Below, piece by piece: positions 1 to 8,850 of a DNA stretch of 64,000 nucleotides (position 1 is its first letter; each line of letters begins with the position of its first letter). A program made the translations under genes and the position numbers. The DNA is taken from assembly GCA_048571215.1 (NCBI GenBank), contig CP182352.1, positions 1,376,001 through 1,440,000 on the forward strand, given 5' to 3'. Source of the stretch: Halarcobacter sp. (GTDB lineage Bacteria; Campylobacterota; Campylobacteria; Campylobacterales; Arcobacteraceae). The notes beneath the pieces are model-generated. The model made no database searches, had not been told where the DNA came from, and saw only the letters and a list, made by a program, of their open reading frames with translations.

Positions 1-886
1 TCCTTAATTTAGAACTTCTACTACGAGGATTTTGTTTTATCTCCTCTTTTGTAGGAATTATAGGTTTTTTTGTAATAACTTTACCCAAAGAGTGATTATT
101 TCCACAAGTACACCTAAAGGCATCACTAGGGCAAATACAAGATTTAGTCCATTTTTTAAAATAGTTTTTTACAATTCTGTCTTCAAGTGAGTGAAAAGAG
201 ATAATAGCAACTATACAATTAGAAGGTTTCATATCCTCTATTGAGTCAAAAAGTCTTTGTAAAACCCCCAACTCATCATTTACTTCTATTCTAATACCTT
301 GGAAAGGTAAGGTTGCAGGATGAATTTTTCCTTTAAACATCTTTTTTGATAAAAACTCGGCTAATTGTTTACTTGAATTAAAGGGTCTATTATTTACTAT
401 AAGAGAAGCAACTTTTTTATATTCTCTAACTTCTCCATACTCTTTAAAAACTCTTTCTAATTCATTTTGTGAATAAGTGTTTACTACAATAGATGCATCT
501 AGACTTTGGGTTTGGTCCATTCTCATATCTAAAGTTTCACTATCAAATCCAAAACCCCTTTCATTTTTATCTAATTGTAAAGAGGAAACTCCAATATCAG
601 CTAAAATACCTCTTATCTCATACTCTTTAAAACTTTGTAACACATGCTCAAAATTTCCTTTATTGAAAATAACTCTTGATGCGTATTTCTCTAATCTCTT
701 TTTAGAAAAGTTTAAAGCCTCAAGATCTTGGTCATTGCAAATTAGCTTTATAGTCTCATTTTGTGATAATAATCCTTCACTATGTCCTGCATAACCTGTA
801 GTACAATCTATAATATAACCTTCATTTATAGAAGAAAAGGTATCTAGAACCTCATTATATAATACAGGTATATGTGGTATAGTCAT
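1..886 (-). CDS. rsmH: 16S rRNA m4C1402 methyltransferase RsmH (MraW), 3' end runs off the window
   Basis: Not in ORF track. Manual minus-strand translation from ATG at 886 gives MTIPHIPVLYNEVL..DCTTGYAGHS..ADIGVSSLQLD..ISFHSLEDRIVK..NPRSRSSKLR; AAGGA SD upstream. Confidence 0.95.
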   Translation of the reverse strand, partial: MTIPHIPVLYNEVLDTFSSINEGYIIDCTTGYAGHSEGLLSQNETIKLICNDQDLEALNFSKKRLEKYASRVIFNKGNFEHVLQSFKEYEIRGILADIGVSSLQLDKNERGFGFDSETLDMRMDQTQSLDASIVVNTYSQNELERVFKEYGEVREYKKVASLIVNNRPFNSSKQLAEFLSKKMFKGKIHPATLPFQGIRIEVNDELGVLQRLFDSIEDMKPSNCIVAIISFHSLEDRIVKNYFKKWTKSCICPSDAFRCTCGNNHSLGKVITKKPIIPTKEEIKQNPRSRSSKLR

Positions 887-947
887 TAAAATAGTCCTTA
901 TAGTATTTGTTATATAATATCCAAACTTTAATTTAAGGTCTTTTAAA

Positions 948-1538
948 ATGATTGGTAATAAAAACATAATAAAACTTTTAAGTGATTTGTCTCTTACTAT
1001 GTTTAGAAAAAACTTCTTTGGGATATACCACGGTTCTATATCTGCAAAATTGGATCATACATCTTTTATAATAAATACGTCCGATGCTATTTTTGATGAA
1101 ATGGATGAACACTCTTTTTGTGAACTAAATATGAATAAAAAAGATTATAGATGGAAAATAGCAAGTATAGAAGCTGATATTCATACTACTATATACAATA
1201 ATATACATGAAGCAAAATATATCGCTTTTGGAGTTCCTGTTTATACTACAGCTTATACCTTTGAACATGACGAGATAGTTTTAGATGATTATTTTGGGAA
1301 AACTACCTTTGGTAAAATAAAGGTTTATGACCCAGGTGATTTTTCTACTTGGTATGATAGATGTGCCTTAGAGATAACAAAGTATCTAAAAGAGAATAAT
1401 GAACATATTATGGTTATAAAAGGTATTGGAGTTTATGTTTATGATAGGGATATAAATAGCTTAGTAAAAAGCATTGCCATTTTAGAAAATTCTTGCAGAT
1501 TATTAAGCATAAAAAGCTCATATAACTCAATAACTTAA
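948..1538 (+). CDS. Class II aldolase/adducin N-terminal domain family protein
   Basis: HGSISAK, ASIEADIHTTIY and final 'ILENSC' helix match the fold pattern; Zn-ligand histidines look degenerate. Confidence 0.75.
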   Translation: MIGNKNIIKLLSDLSLTMFRKNFFGIYHGSISAKLDHTSFIINTSDAIFDEMDEHSFCELNMNKKDYRWKIASIEADIHTTIYNNIHEAKYIAFGVPVYTTAYTFEHDEIVLDDYFGKTTFGKIKVYDPGDFSTWYDRCALEITKYLKENNEHIMVIKGIGVYVYDRDINSLVKSIAILENSCRLLSIKSSYNSIT

Positions 1539-1640
1539 TATTTTGCATTATTTTAGTGCTATAAAGCCCTAGTTTTAGCTATTTTAAAGGTTAAATAGTA
1601 TAAAGTTTACTAAATTTAATCTTACACAAGGAGTTCTTCT

Positions 1641-1916
1641 ATGAACAAAGCTGAATTTATTGACGCAGTTGCAGCAAAAGCTGGATTATCAAAGAAAGAT
1701 GCAAAAGGTGCAGTTGATGCTGTATTAGAAACAATTACTGAAACTTTAGTAAAAAAAGAAACAGTTAGTTTTATTGGTTTTGGTACTTTTAGTACTGCTG
1801 CAAGAGCAGAAAGAACTGCAAAAGTTCCAGGAACAGACAAAACTGTTAAAGTTCCAGCTACAACTGTTGCGAAATTCAAAGTTGGTAAAGCTTTAAAAGA
1901 AGCAGTAGCTAAATAA
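1641..1916 (+). CDS. hup: DNA-binding protein HU
   Basis: MNKAEFIDAVA..GFGTF..R..KFKVGKALKEAV; AGGAG SD. Confidence 0.97.
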   Translation: MNKAEFIDAVAAKAGLSKKDAKGAVDAVLETITETLVKKETVSFIGFGTFSTAARAERTAKVPGTDKTVKVPATTVAKFKVGKALKEAVAK

Positions 1917-1934
1917 TTACTTTTCTTAACTTAT

Positions 1935-1967
1935 AAAAGGGCTCATCTTTTGGTGAGTCCTTTTTTT
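1935..1967 (+). terminator. Intrinsic terminator after hup
   Basis: AAGGGCTCATC/GGTGAGTCCTT stem (with G-U pairs) followed by T run. Confidence 0.8.
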
Positions 1968-1985
1968 AATGTAAAATTTCAATGT

Positions 1986-2072
1986 GCCCGTGTGGTGAAA
2001 CTGGTAAACACGTCGGATTCAAAATCCGATGACTTCACGGTCTTGTCGGTTCGAGTCCGACCACGGGTACCA
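1986..2072 (+). tRNA. tRNA-Leu (anticodon CAA)
   Basis: GCCCGTG..CACGGGT acceptor stem, TCGGA-TTCAAAA-TCCGA anticodon arm, long variable arm, GGTTCGAGTCC T-loop, encoded CCA. Confidence 0.97.
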
Positions 2073-2177
2073 CTTTTTATTTATAAATAACCACTAAAAT
2101 TATATATTAACTTAATTAATCTTTATTATGATATATTATGCCAAAAAATTAATAATATTTCTTAAGGTATATTTTAT

Positions 2178-3707
2178 ATGAATCAAAAATTCTCAAAAAC
2201 TCTCTTCTTGCCTTTGTTATTTTTTATACTCTCAATATTTATTATTTCTGTTGGAAGTTTATTTATATATCAAAATGAACATGTTAAAGATAGTGCAAAA
2301 GATAGGTTTGAAAAGATCTCTAAAATCTATGATAAAAAGTTTGAAAAAGATGTTGATATATATGAAACATTTATAAAACTTATAAGCAAAGACCAAAAAG
2401 CAATAAAACTTTTTTTAAACTCTGATAGAAAAGGTTTATATACCTATTATAAGGATTTAAATAATCAACTTAAAACAAAATACAATATTACTCATTTCTA
2501 TTTTCATAAAATAGATAAAAAAAACTTTTTACGTGTTCATAATCCAAAAGTTCATTCAGATACAATAAATAGATTTACCCTAAATCAATCAATAAGAACC
2601 AAAAATTTAGCTTATGGTATAGAGTTTGGAATCTCTCATAACTTAACACTAAGAGTTGTATATCCTTGGTTTGTAAATAATAAAATTATTGGATATATTG
2701 AGTTGGGAAAAGAGATTGATTATTTTAGTCCAGAATTAGCAAAACTAGAAAATTGTGAAGTTATCTATACAATAAATAAAGATTTGATAAATAAAGAAGA
2801 TTATAATAAGTGGATAAATCATTCTAAAAACAATCAAAAATTTAAAGAGCTTAAAAATTTCTATATAATTGATTTCTCTTTTAAAAATATATCTAATAAT
2901 CTCTTGAGGATATTAGATGAAAATAAAAAAATAAAAAATGTTACAGTAAATAACAAATCTTCAATCTACAAAGCATTTAACAAACCTTTTTATGATTTGA
3001 ATGGTAAAAAAATAGGAAATCTTTTTATATTTTGTAATATGACTAGAGAATACAACTTTGTATACTCCCTATTTAAAGATTCTTCTATTGTGATTCTATT
3101 ATTGTTTACTATACTTTTAATATACTATTTTATTAAGTTAAAAAATACAGAAAAAGATATAGATCATAAACATCAAGAGATGTTTTCTATATCTATAACA
3201 GACTCATTATCCAAACTATACAATAGAAGACATTTTGATCATTCTTATCCCCAAAGACTTAAAAGATCAAAAGAAAATAAAAGTAAATTATCTTTTCTTA
3301 TTATAGATATAGATAACTTTAAAAAATACAATGACAGATATGGACACCAAGAGGGTGATGAAGTGATAAAAAAAGTTGCTACAACAATAAAAGACACCTT
3401 TAAAAGAAAAAGTGACCAGTGTTACAGAGTTGGTGGGGAAGAATTTGTTGTCTTAACTGAAACAAGAGATGAAAAACATGCAAAAGATATAGCTTTGTTA
3501 TTAAAAGAAAATGTAGAATCCTTAAATATCGAACACTTAGATAATGAAAGTTTTAATAAAATAACTATCTCAATTGGAGTATATATAGTAAATGACTATG
3601 ATATAGATTCAGGACAGATATATAAAAATGCTGATGATGCTTTATATCTTTCAAAACAAAAGGGAAGAAACCAAATAACAATATTTAATGAGGCATTTGA
3701 TATATAA
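2178..3707 (+). CDS. Membrane diguanylate cyclase (periplasmic Cache-like sensor + GGDEF)
   Basis: Two TM segments; DIDNFKKYNDRYGH, RKSD I-site, GGEEF. Confidence 0.9.
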   Translation: MNQKFSKTLFLPLLFFILSIFIISVGSLFIYQNEHVKDSAKDRFEKISKIYDKKFEKDVDIYETFIKLISKDQKAIKLFLNSDRKGLYTYYKDLNNQLKTKYNITHFYFHKIDKKNFLRVHNPKVHSDTINRFTLNQSIRTKNLAYGIEFGISHNLTLRVVYPWFVNNKIIGYIELGKEIDYFSPELAKLENCEVIYTINKDLINKEDYNKWINHSKNNQKFKELKNFYIIDFSFKNISNNLLRILDENKKIKNVTVNNKSSIYKAFNKPFYDLNGKKIGNLFIFCNMTREYNFVYSLFKDSSIVILLLFTILLIYYFIKLKNTEKDIDHKHQEMFSISITDSLSKLYNRRHFDHSYPQRLKRSKENKSKLSFLIIDIDNFKKYNDRYGHQEGDEVIKKVATTIKDTFKRKSDQCYRVGGEEFVVLTETRDEKHAKDIALLLKENVESLNIEHLDNESFNKITISIGVYIVNDYDIDSGQIYKNADDALYLSKQKGRNQITIFNEAFDI

Positions 3708-3816
3708 ATTTTTATATTTTAAGTTTTTTATTAAGGCTATGGAATATATTTTGCATTTAGTTTTTTGTCATATTAGTTAACATATATGTTAGTACAAGTA
3801 ACATATTCCTTTACAA

Positions 3817-3846
3817 AATATTGGGGATTCCATAAACCCCAATATT
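3817..3846 (-). terminator. Hairpin/terminator downstream of small minus-strand ORF
   Basis: AATATTGGGG...CCCCAATATT perfect 10-bp stem, ends in a T run on the minus strand. Confidence 0.7.
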
Positions 3847-3946
3847 ATCTATAAGAGTAAATTGCCACAATAATAGTTTGTATAGCCAATAAAGTCCAAA
3901 TAATGTTAGTTCTGTTTCTGTCAAACCATCTATTAAAATTTTTCAT
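3845..3946 (-). CDS. Putative 33-aa single-TM peptide MKNFNRWFDRNRTNIIWTLLAIQTIIVAIYSYR (probably leaderless)
   Basis: Manual translation; TG-A-TAGAAT extended -10 lies 6 nt before ATG; hairpin directly after stop. Confidence 0.55.
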   Translation of the reverse strand: MKNFNRWFDRNRTNIIWTLLAIQTIIVAIYSYR

Positions 3947-3984
3947 AAATATATTCTATCAAAAAACTATTAATATTCTTAGTT

Positions 3985-4053
3985 TTATGATTATACAATA
4001 AATCATAATTACATTTTGCAATAATATTACATAAAGCAATATAATTATAAAAT
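3985..4053. promoter_or_regulatory. Divergent promoter region with operator-like repeats
   Basis: Inverted repeat TTATGATT-N8-AATCATAA (3985-4008); direct repeat ATTACATnnnGCAATA at 4008 and 4026; TATAAT 4040 and TAAAAT 4048. Confidence 0.5.
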
Positions 4054-4059
4054 AATACT

Positions 4060-4428
4060 ATGGAAAGTTCAAAACAAATATTAGAAAATCTTAGTAGAAA
4101 TCTATATCATGAAAAAGATTATTATAGATACAATAATGAGGCAAAGATAACTCCTAAATATACTAAAGGTGTATTAGTATCTATTGAGTATTTACAGGAA
4201 CTAATCTATTGTTACTTAAAAAGGGAACAAGAATTAAAACAAGAGATGATTTCTAAAATACAAGAGCAAGAACTAGTGGTAAATCAACTGAACTCTTCAG
4301 AATATAAACAAGGAATATTAGATATATTAACTTATGCAAAAGATGAGATAAATGGCAATAAACCATTATATAACTCTCATAAAAAATATTTAGAAAGTAA
4401 AAAAAGAGAAAATGAAAAAAAACTTTAA
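4060..4428 (+). CDS. Hypothetical helical protein (possibly mobile-element derived)
   Basis: 122-aa ORF, no SD, TAAAAT 6 nt upstream, overlaps next ORF. Confidence 0.65.
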   Translation: MESSKQILENLSRNLYHEKDYYRYNNEAKITPKYTKGVLVSIEYLQELIYCYLKREQELKQEMISKIQEQELVVNQLNSSEYKQGILDILTYAKDEINGNKPLYNSHKKYLESKKRENEKKL

Positions 4429-4798
4429 AAAGCTATCTATATTGGCGGCTGTTGGAATAGCACTTGGTATATCAGCATCAACTATTTTTTCAAACTTTTT
4501 GTATTCTAAAATAATAGAAGAACACTCCAAAGAGGTTATACCTTTGGAGGAGATAATTGATTCAAAAATCACTGCTCTTAATATGTGTATTCAATTAGCC
4601 CACTTAGAAAATAAAAAAATAGATGGATGTACTAAAATGCAACACAAAATAGCTGATGATATATACACTAAACTAAAATCAATGCCATATACAAAATTTT
4701 ATTACGAATATATAGATAAAAGCAACTTTTTAAAAGAAATTGATGCCTTAAAAAACTTAAGTTTTCATTCAAAATTTTCTGATAAAAGTAAAAAATAA
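4412..4798 (+). CDS. Hypothetical exported/membrane-anchored protein
   Basis: MKKNFKK + hydrophobic segment; two Cys in soluble part. Confidence 0.7.
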   Translation: MKKNFKKLSILAAVGIALGISASTIFSNFLYSKIIEEHSKEVIPLEEIIDSKITALNMCIQLAHLENKKIDGCTKMQHKIADDIYTKLKSMPYTKFYYEYIDKSNFLKEIDALKNLSFHSKFSDKSKK

Positions 4799-4807
4799 AG
4801 GAGTTTT

Positions 4808-4909
4808 ATGAATGATTTAATAGGTGAAATTATAAGTTTTTCAATAATAGCTGTAGTTGTTATTGCTTTAGCATTTTTAACACACAAATTACAAAATAAA
4901 GATAATTGA
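4808..4909 (+). CDS. Putative 33-aa single-TM peptide MNDLIGEIISFSIIAVVVIALAFLTHKLQNKDN
   Basis: Manual translation; strong AAAGGAG SD overlapping the upstream stop. Confidence 0.7.
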   Translation: MNDLIGEIISFSIIAVVVIALAFLTHKLQNKDN

Positions 4910-4927
4910 AAAACAATTAACTATATA

Positions 4928-5095
4928 TCAATATTCTCTTTTAAATTTTTGACTATTTTCTCTTAATCTTTCTTCTAATGTTCTTTCTTTTTTTAATGCT
5001 TGTTGATTATGTAAATGAATCTCTTCTAATTCTTTTTGTTTTTTATAATCAATTTTTTTGTTTTTCTTAAAAAGTTTTTTTATAATCTTTTTCAT
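4928..5095 (-). CDS. Small basic hypothetical protein (MKKIIKKLFKK...)
   Basis: ATG at 5095 with AGGA SD preferred over the ORF-track start 5119. Confidence 0.5.
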   Translation of the reverse strand: MKKIIKKLFKKNKKIDYKKQKELEEIHLHNQQALKKERTLEERLRENSQKFKREY

Positions 5096-5271
5096 ATTTT
5101 TCCTATAACTATTTTGCATATTTTAATATATTTTTATTACATTCTAACTACATTTATAATGTTAAATAATATTTTTAATTTAATTATTATAAATAATTTA
5201 GAAAGTGACTTATATAAGTATTATTCTCTTTTGATAATGTTAGTTGAGAGTAAATGAAAGTCTGTTTTATA

Positions 5272-5588
5272 TTTAGGTACAACTATAAGCCGAGTTTTGT
5301 ATTTGACAATAATTTATCTAGTTGTTAAATTACTTTAACAATCCTGCGAAGGGCATAAATAGTGAAGTTTTACCACCCCTTCTTACTGCGAGTTGGGTTT
5401 ACATAGCCATTAAGATTGCTCAAAATGCTGGTGGGCTCTTACCCCACCCTTTCACCCTTACCAATTGGCGGTTTACTTTCTGTTGCACTGTCCCTTAGGT
5501 TACCCTAGCCATCAGTTAGATGGAACCCTACTTCACGGCAGCTCGGACTTTCCTCTTGCATAACAAGCTATTGTCTGTTGTACCTAAA
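5272..5588 (-). ncRNA. rnpB: RNase P RNA (bacterial type A)
   Basis: Minus strand has GAGGAAAGTCC, AGTGCAACAGAAA and ACAAAACTCGGCTTA; ends pair as P1 (TTTAGGTACAAC/GTTGTACCTAAA). Confidence 0.96.
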
Positions 5589-5611
5589 GTGAAATAGTAT
5601 CCAAAATTTAT

Positions 5612-6136
5612 TTATTTTCTTATAATGTCATAATAATCTGGTGGAAGAAAACTAAAAAGTGATTCATCTAAAGGGATATTTTTCTCTACATTTTTTAATT
5701 TAATTATAATATTGTTTTCAAAACTATCTTTATAAGTTATTGAGTCTATCTGATCATTTTTTATATTTATATTATAATCTATACCATTTATAGTTGATTG
5801 AAACTGATTTTCATTTATTTTTTTTGCACTTTTTAAAAGAGTTACAAAATCAATTCCATTTTCCAAACTTGTGTAAATAGCTTGTTCTAACTCTGGTTCA
5901 TCTATTATTACACTATTATCTATTAGGTAAACATTTTTTTTAATTGGTGTTTTATATTGCCACAATACCCTCTTTTGGCTACTTATATAAAGAGAACCCT
6001 TATATTTTAATTCCTTATTTGACTGATTAAAAACCGATTGGATAAAATCAGCTTTAAATGTTTTTATATCAGATAAATCGATTTGTGCATAACTATTTAT
6101 TACAAATAGTGTTAATAGTAAAATCTTATAAATCAT
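5612..6136 (-). CDS. lolA: Outer-membrane lipoprotein chaperone LolA
   Basis: Signal peptide; FKADFIQ..YKG..LWQYKTP..EPELEQA; divergent from secA as in Campylobacterota. Confidence 0.88.
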   Translation of the reverse strand: MIYKILLLTLFVINSYAQIDLSDIKTFKADFIQSVFNQSNKELKYKGSLYISSQKRVLWQYKTPIKKNVYLIDNSVIIDEPELEQAIYTSLENGIDFVTLLKSAKKINENQFQSTINGIDYNINIKNDQIDSITYKDSFENNIIIKLKNVEKNIPLDESLFSFLPPDYYDIIRK

Positions 6137-6233
6137 TTTTTAACCTTGTTTTTTATATAATCTTGCGATTATAACTAATACCAAATTAAAGTAAATCTAT
6201 ATCTTTTCAAATTGGTAAAAAGGAAATTGTTTT

Positions 6234-8849
6234 ATGATTAATATTTTTTCAAAGATATTTGGAACTACAAATGATAGAGAAGTAAAGAAATATAAGAAAA
6301 AAGCTGAGATTATTAATTCTTTAGAACCTCAATATGCGGCTATGAGTGATGAAGAGCTACAAGATAGTTTTAACAAACTAAAAGAGCAAGTTCAAAATGA
6401 AGAAAAAAGTTTAAATGATGTTTTATTTGATTCTTTTGCTATTACAAGAGAAGCTAGTAAAAGAGTTTTAAATATGAGACACTTTGATGTGCAACTTATT
6501 GGTGGTATGGTACTAAACGATGCAAGAATTGCAGAGATGAAAACAGGTGAAGGTAAAACTTTAGTTGCTACTCTACCTGTTATTTTAAATGCAATGACAC
6601 AAAGAGGTGTTCATGTTGTTACTGTAAATGATTATCTTGCAAGTAGAGATGCAAAAGAGTTAGAACCTTTATACAATTTCCTTGGATTTTCAGTTGGTAT
6701 TATAGTTGCTTCTATTGATGATGAAACAAGAAAAGAGCAATATGATGCAGATATTACTTATGGTACAAACAATGAGTTTGGATTTGATTACCTAAGAGAT
6801 AATATGAAATATGACCTTGAAGAGAAAGTTCAAAGGGATCATTATTTTGTTATTGTGGATGAAGTTGACTCTATTTTAATTGATGAAGCAAGAACTCCAC
6901 TTATAATATCTGGTCCTACAAATCATAAAAGTACTGACTATGCAAAAGCAAATGAGATAGCTTTACAACTTGAAAAAGGTGAAGTTATTGAACCAAAATC
7001 TTCAGATGAAAAACCTTATTCAACTGGAGATTTCACTGTTGATGAAAAAACAAAATCTGTATTACTAACTGAAAAAGGTATTGAAAAAGCTGAAAAACTT
7101 TTTGGTGTAGACAACCTTTATTCTCTAGAAAATGCAATGCTTTCTCATCATTTAGACCAATCATTAAAAGCAAACTATGCATTTGAAATAGATGTTGATT
7201 ATGTTGTAAAAGACAATGAGGTTATTATTGTAGATGAGTTTACAGGAAGACTTAGTGAAGGTAGAAGATATAGTGAAGGTTTACATCAAGCTTTAGAGGC
7301 TAAAGAGGGAGTTACAATCCAAGATGAGTCTCAAACATTAGCAGATATCACTTATCAAAACTACTTTAGAATGTATGATAAAATTGCAGGTATGACAGGT
7401 ACAGCCCAAACTGAAGCAACAGAGTTTGCAGAGATTTATAATCTTGATGTTGTATCTATACCAACAAATGTTCCAGTACAAAGAATTGATAAAAGTGACT
7501 TAATTTATAAAACAGAAAGAGAAAAATTTGAAGCTGTTTGCAAAAAAATCAAAGAGTATAATGATAAAGGTCAACCAGTACTAGTGGGAACTGCATCAAT
7601 TGAAAAAAGTGAACACCTACATAAATTATTAGTAAAAGAGAAAGTACCCCACACAGTTTTAAATGCAAAACAACATGAAAAAGAGGGTAAAATCATCGAA
7701 GATGCTGGTCTTAAAGGAGCAGTAACAATTGCTACAAATATGGCTGGACGGGGTGTTGATATTAAACTAACTCAAGAAACACTTGATTTGGGTGGTTTAG
7801 CTATTATTGGTACGGAAAGACACGAATCAAGAAGAATTGATAACCAATTAAGAGGACGATCAGGAAGACAAGGTGATATTGGGGAATCTCAATTCTATTT
7901 ATCTTTGGAAGACAATCTTTTAAGAATCTTTGGAAGTGATAAAATCAAAGGTATTATGGAAAGAATTGGTATTGAAGAGGGTGAATATATAGAATCTAAA
8001 ATGGTTACTCGTGCAGTTGAAAATGCTCAGAAAAAAGTAGAATCAATGCACTTTGAAAACAGAAAACATATTTTAGAATATGATGATGTTGCAAATAAAC
8101 AAAGAAAAGTAATCTTCTCTTTTAGAGATGACTTATTAAACCCAGAATACCAAATAGAATCAAAACTAGATGAAAACAGATTAGAGTATATTCAAGTACT
8201 TTTAGCAAATGGTGAGATTATCAACGGTATGCCACCGGAAGATTTTGATTACAATTATATTATTACAAAATTCCATGAAGAGTTAAACCTAATAGTTACA
8301 GAAGATGATATTAAAGCTAATAGTTATGATGAACTTGAAGAGAAACTTACAAATATAATCAAAGAGGTTTATGAAGATAAAATGAGTATTGCCGCACCTG
8401 AGCAAAAATCTGAAATTGAAAGAATTTTATATCTTCAAATCCTTGATAAAGCTTGGAGAGAGCACTTATACTCTATGGATACACTTAAAACTGGTATAGG
8501 CCTACGAGGTTATAACCAAAAAGACCCATTAGTTGAGTATAAAAAAGAGTCTTATAATATGTTCTTAGAACTAATAGGAAATATTAAAAATGAGATTATT
8601 AAAGTTCTATTTACTATTCAACTTCAAAGCCAAGATGATGCAAACAAAGAGCAAGAAGCAATAGAGAAGATGAGAGAACAAATGGAAGAAGCAACTGAAA
8701 ATCTTGTTACAAATCTTGATCAAGAGAAGGTTTTAAATAATGAGAAAAAGATTGCTAGAAATGAACCTTGCCCATGTGGGAGTGGTAAAAAGTATAAACA
8801 ATGTTGTGGGAAAAGTGGACCTAAAAGAGGTTTGATAGCAGGAAGCTAA
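6234..8849 (+). CDS. secA: Preprotein translocase ATPase SecA
   Basis: [28 protein letters not shown]-terminal [13 protein letters not shown]. Confidence 0.99.
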   Translation: MINIFSKIFGTTNDREVKKYKKKAEIINSLEPQYAAMSDEELQDSFNKLKEQVQNEEKSLNDVLFDSFAITREASKRVLNMRHFDVQLIGGMVLNDARIAEMKTGEGKTLVATLPVILNAMTQRGVHVVTVNDYLASRDAKELEPLYNFLGFSVGIIVASIDDETRKEQYDADITYGTNNEFGFDYLRDNMKYDLEEKVQRDHYFVIVDEVDSILIDEARTPLIISGPTNHKSTDYAKANEIALQLEKGEVIEPKSSDEKPYSTGDFTVDEKTKSVLLTEKGIEKAEKLFGVDNLYSLENAMLSHHLDQSLKANYAFEIDVDYVVKDNEVIIVDEFTGRLSEGRRYSEGLHQALEAKEGVTIQDESQTLADITYQNYFRMYDKIAGMTGTAQTEATEFAEIYNLDVVSIPTNVPVQRIDKSDLIYKTEREKFEAVCKKIKEYNDKGQPVLVGTASIEKSEHLHKLLVKEKVPHTVLNAKQHEKEGKIIEDAGLKGAVTIATNMAGRGVDIKLTQETLDLGGLAIIGTERHESRRIDNQLRGRSGRQGDIGESQFYLSLEDNLLRIFGSDKIKGIMERIGIEEGEYIESKMVTRAVENAQKKVESMHFENRKHILEYDDVANKQRKVIFSFRDDLLNPEYQIESKLDENRLEYIQVLLANGEIINGMPPEDFDYNYIITKFHEELNLIVTEDDIKANSYDELEEKLTNIIKEVYEDKMSIAAPEQKSEIERILYLQILDKAWREHLYSMDTLKTGIGLRGYNQKDPLVEYKKESYNMFLELIGNIKNEIIKVLFTIQLQSQDDANKEQEAIEKMREQMEEATENLVTNLDQEKVLNNEKKIARNEPCPCGSGKKYKQCCGKSGPKRGLIAGS

Positions 8850-8850
8850 T

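Noticed and set aside
477..794. 105-aa plus-strand ORF
   Set aside because: Antisense shadow of rsmH, which the ORF track missed because it runs off the window
5036..5257. 73-aa hydrophobic plus-strand ORF
   Set aside because: F/I/N-rich translation of AT-rich DNA, antisense to 4928..5095, no SD
2040..5271. attL/attR duplication of the tRNA-Leu 3' end (likewise tRNA-Thr at 20880-20907)
   Set aside because: No second copy of either 3' end seen by eye and no integrase in the window
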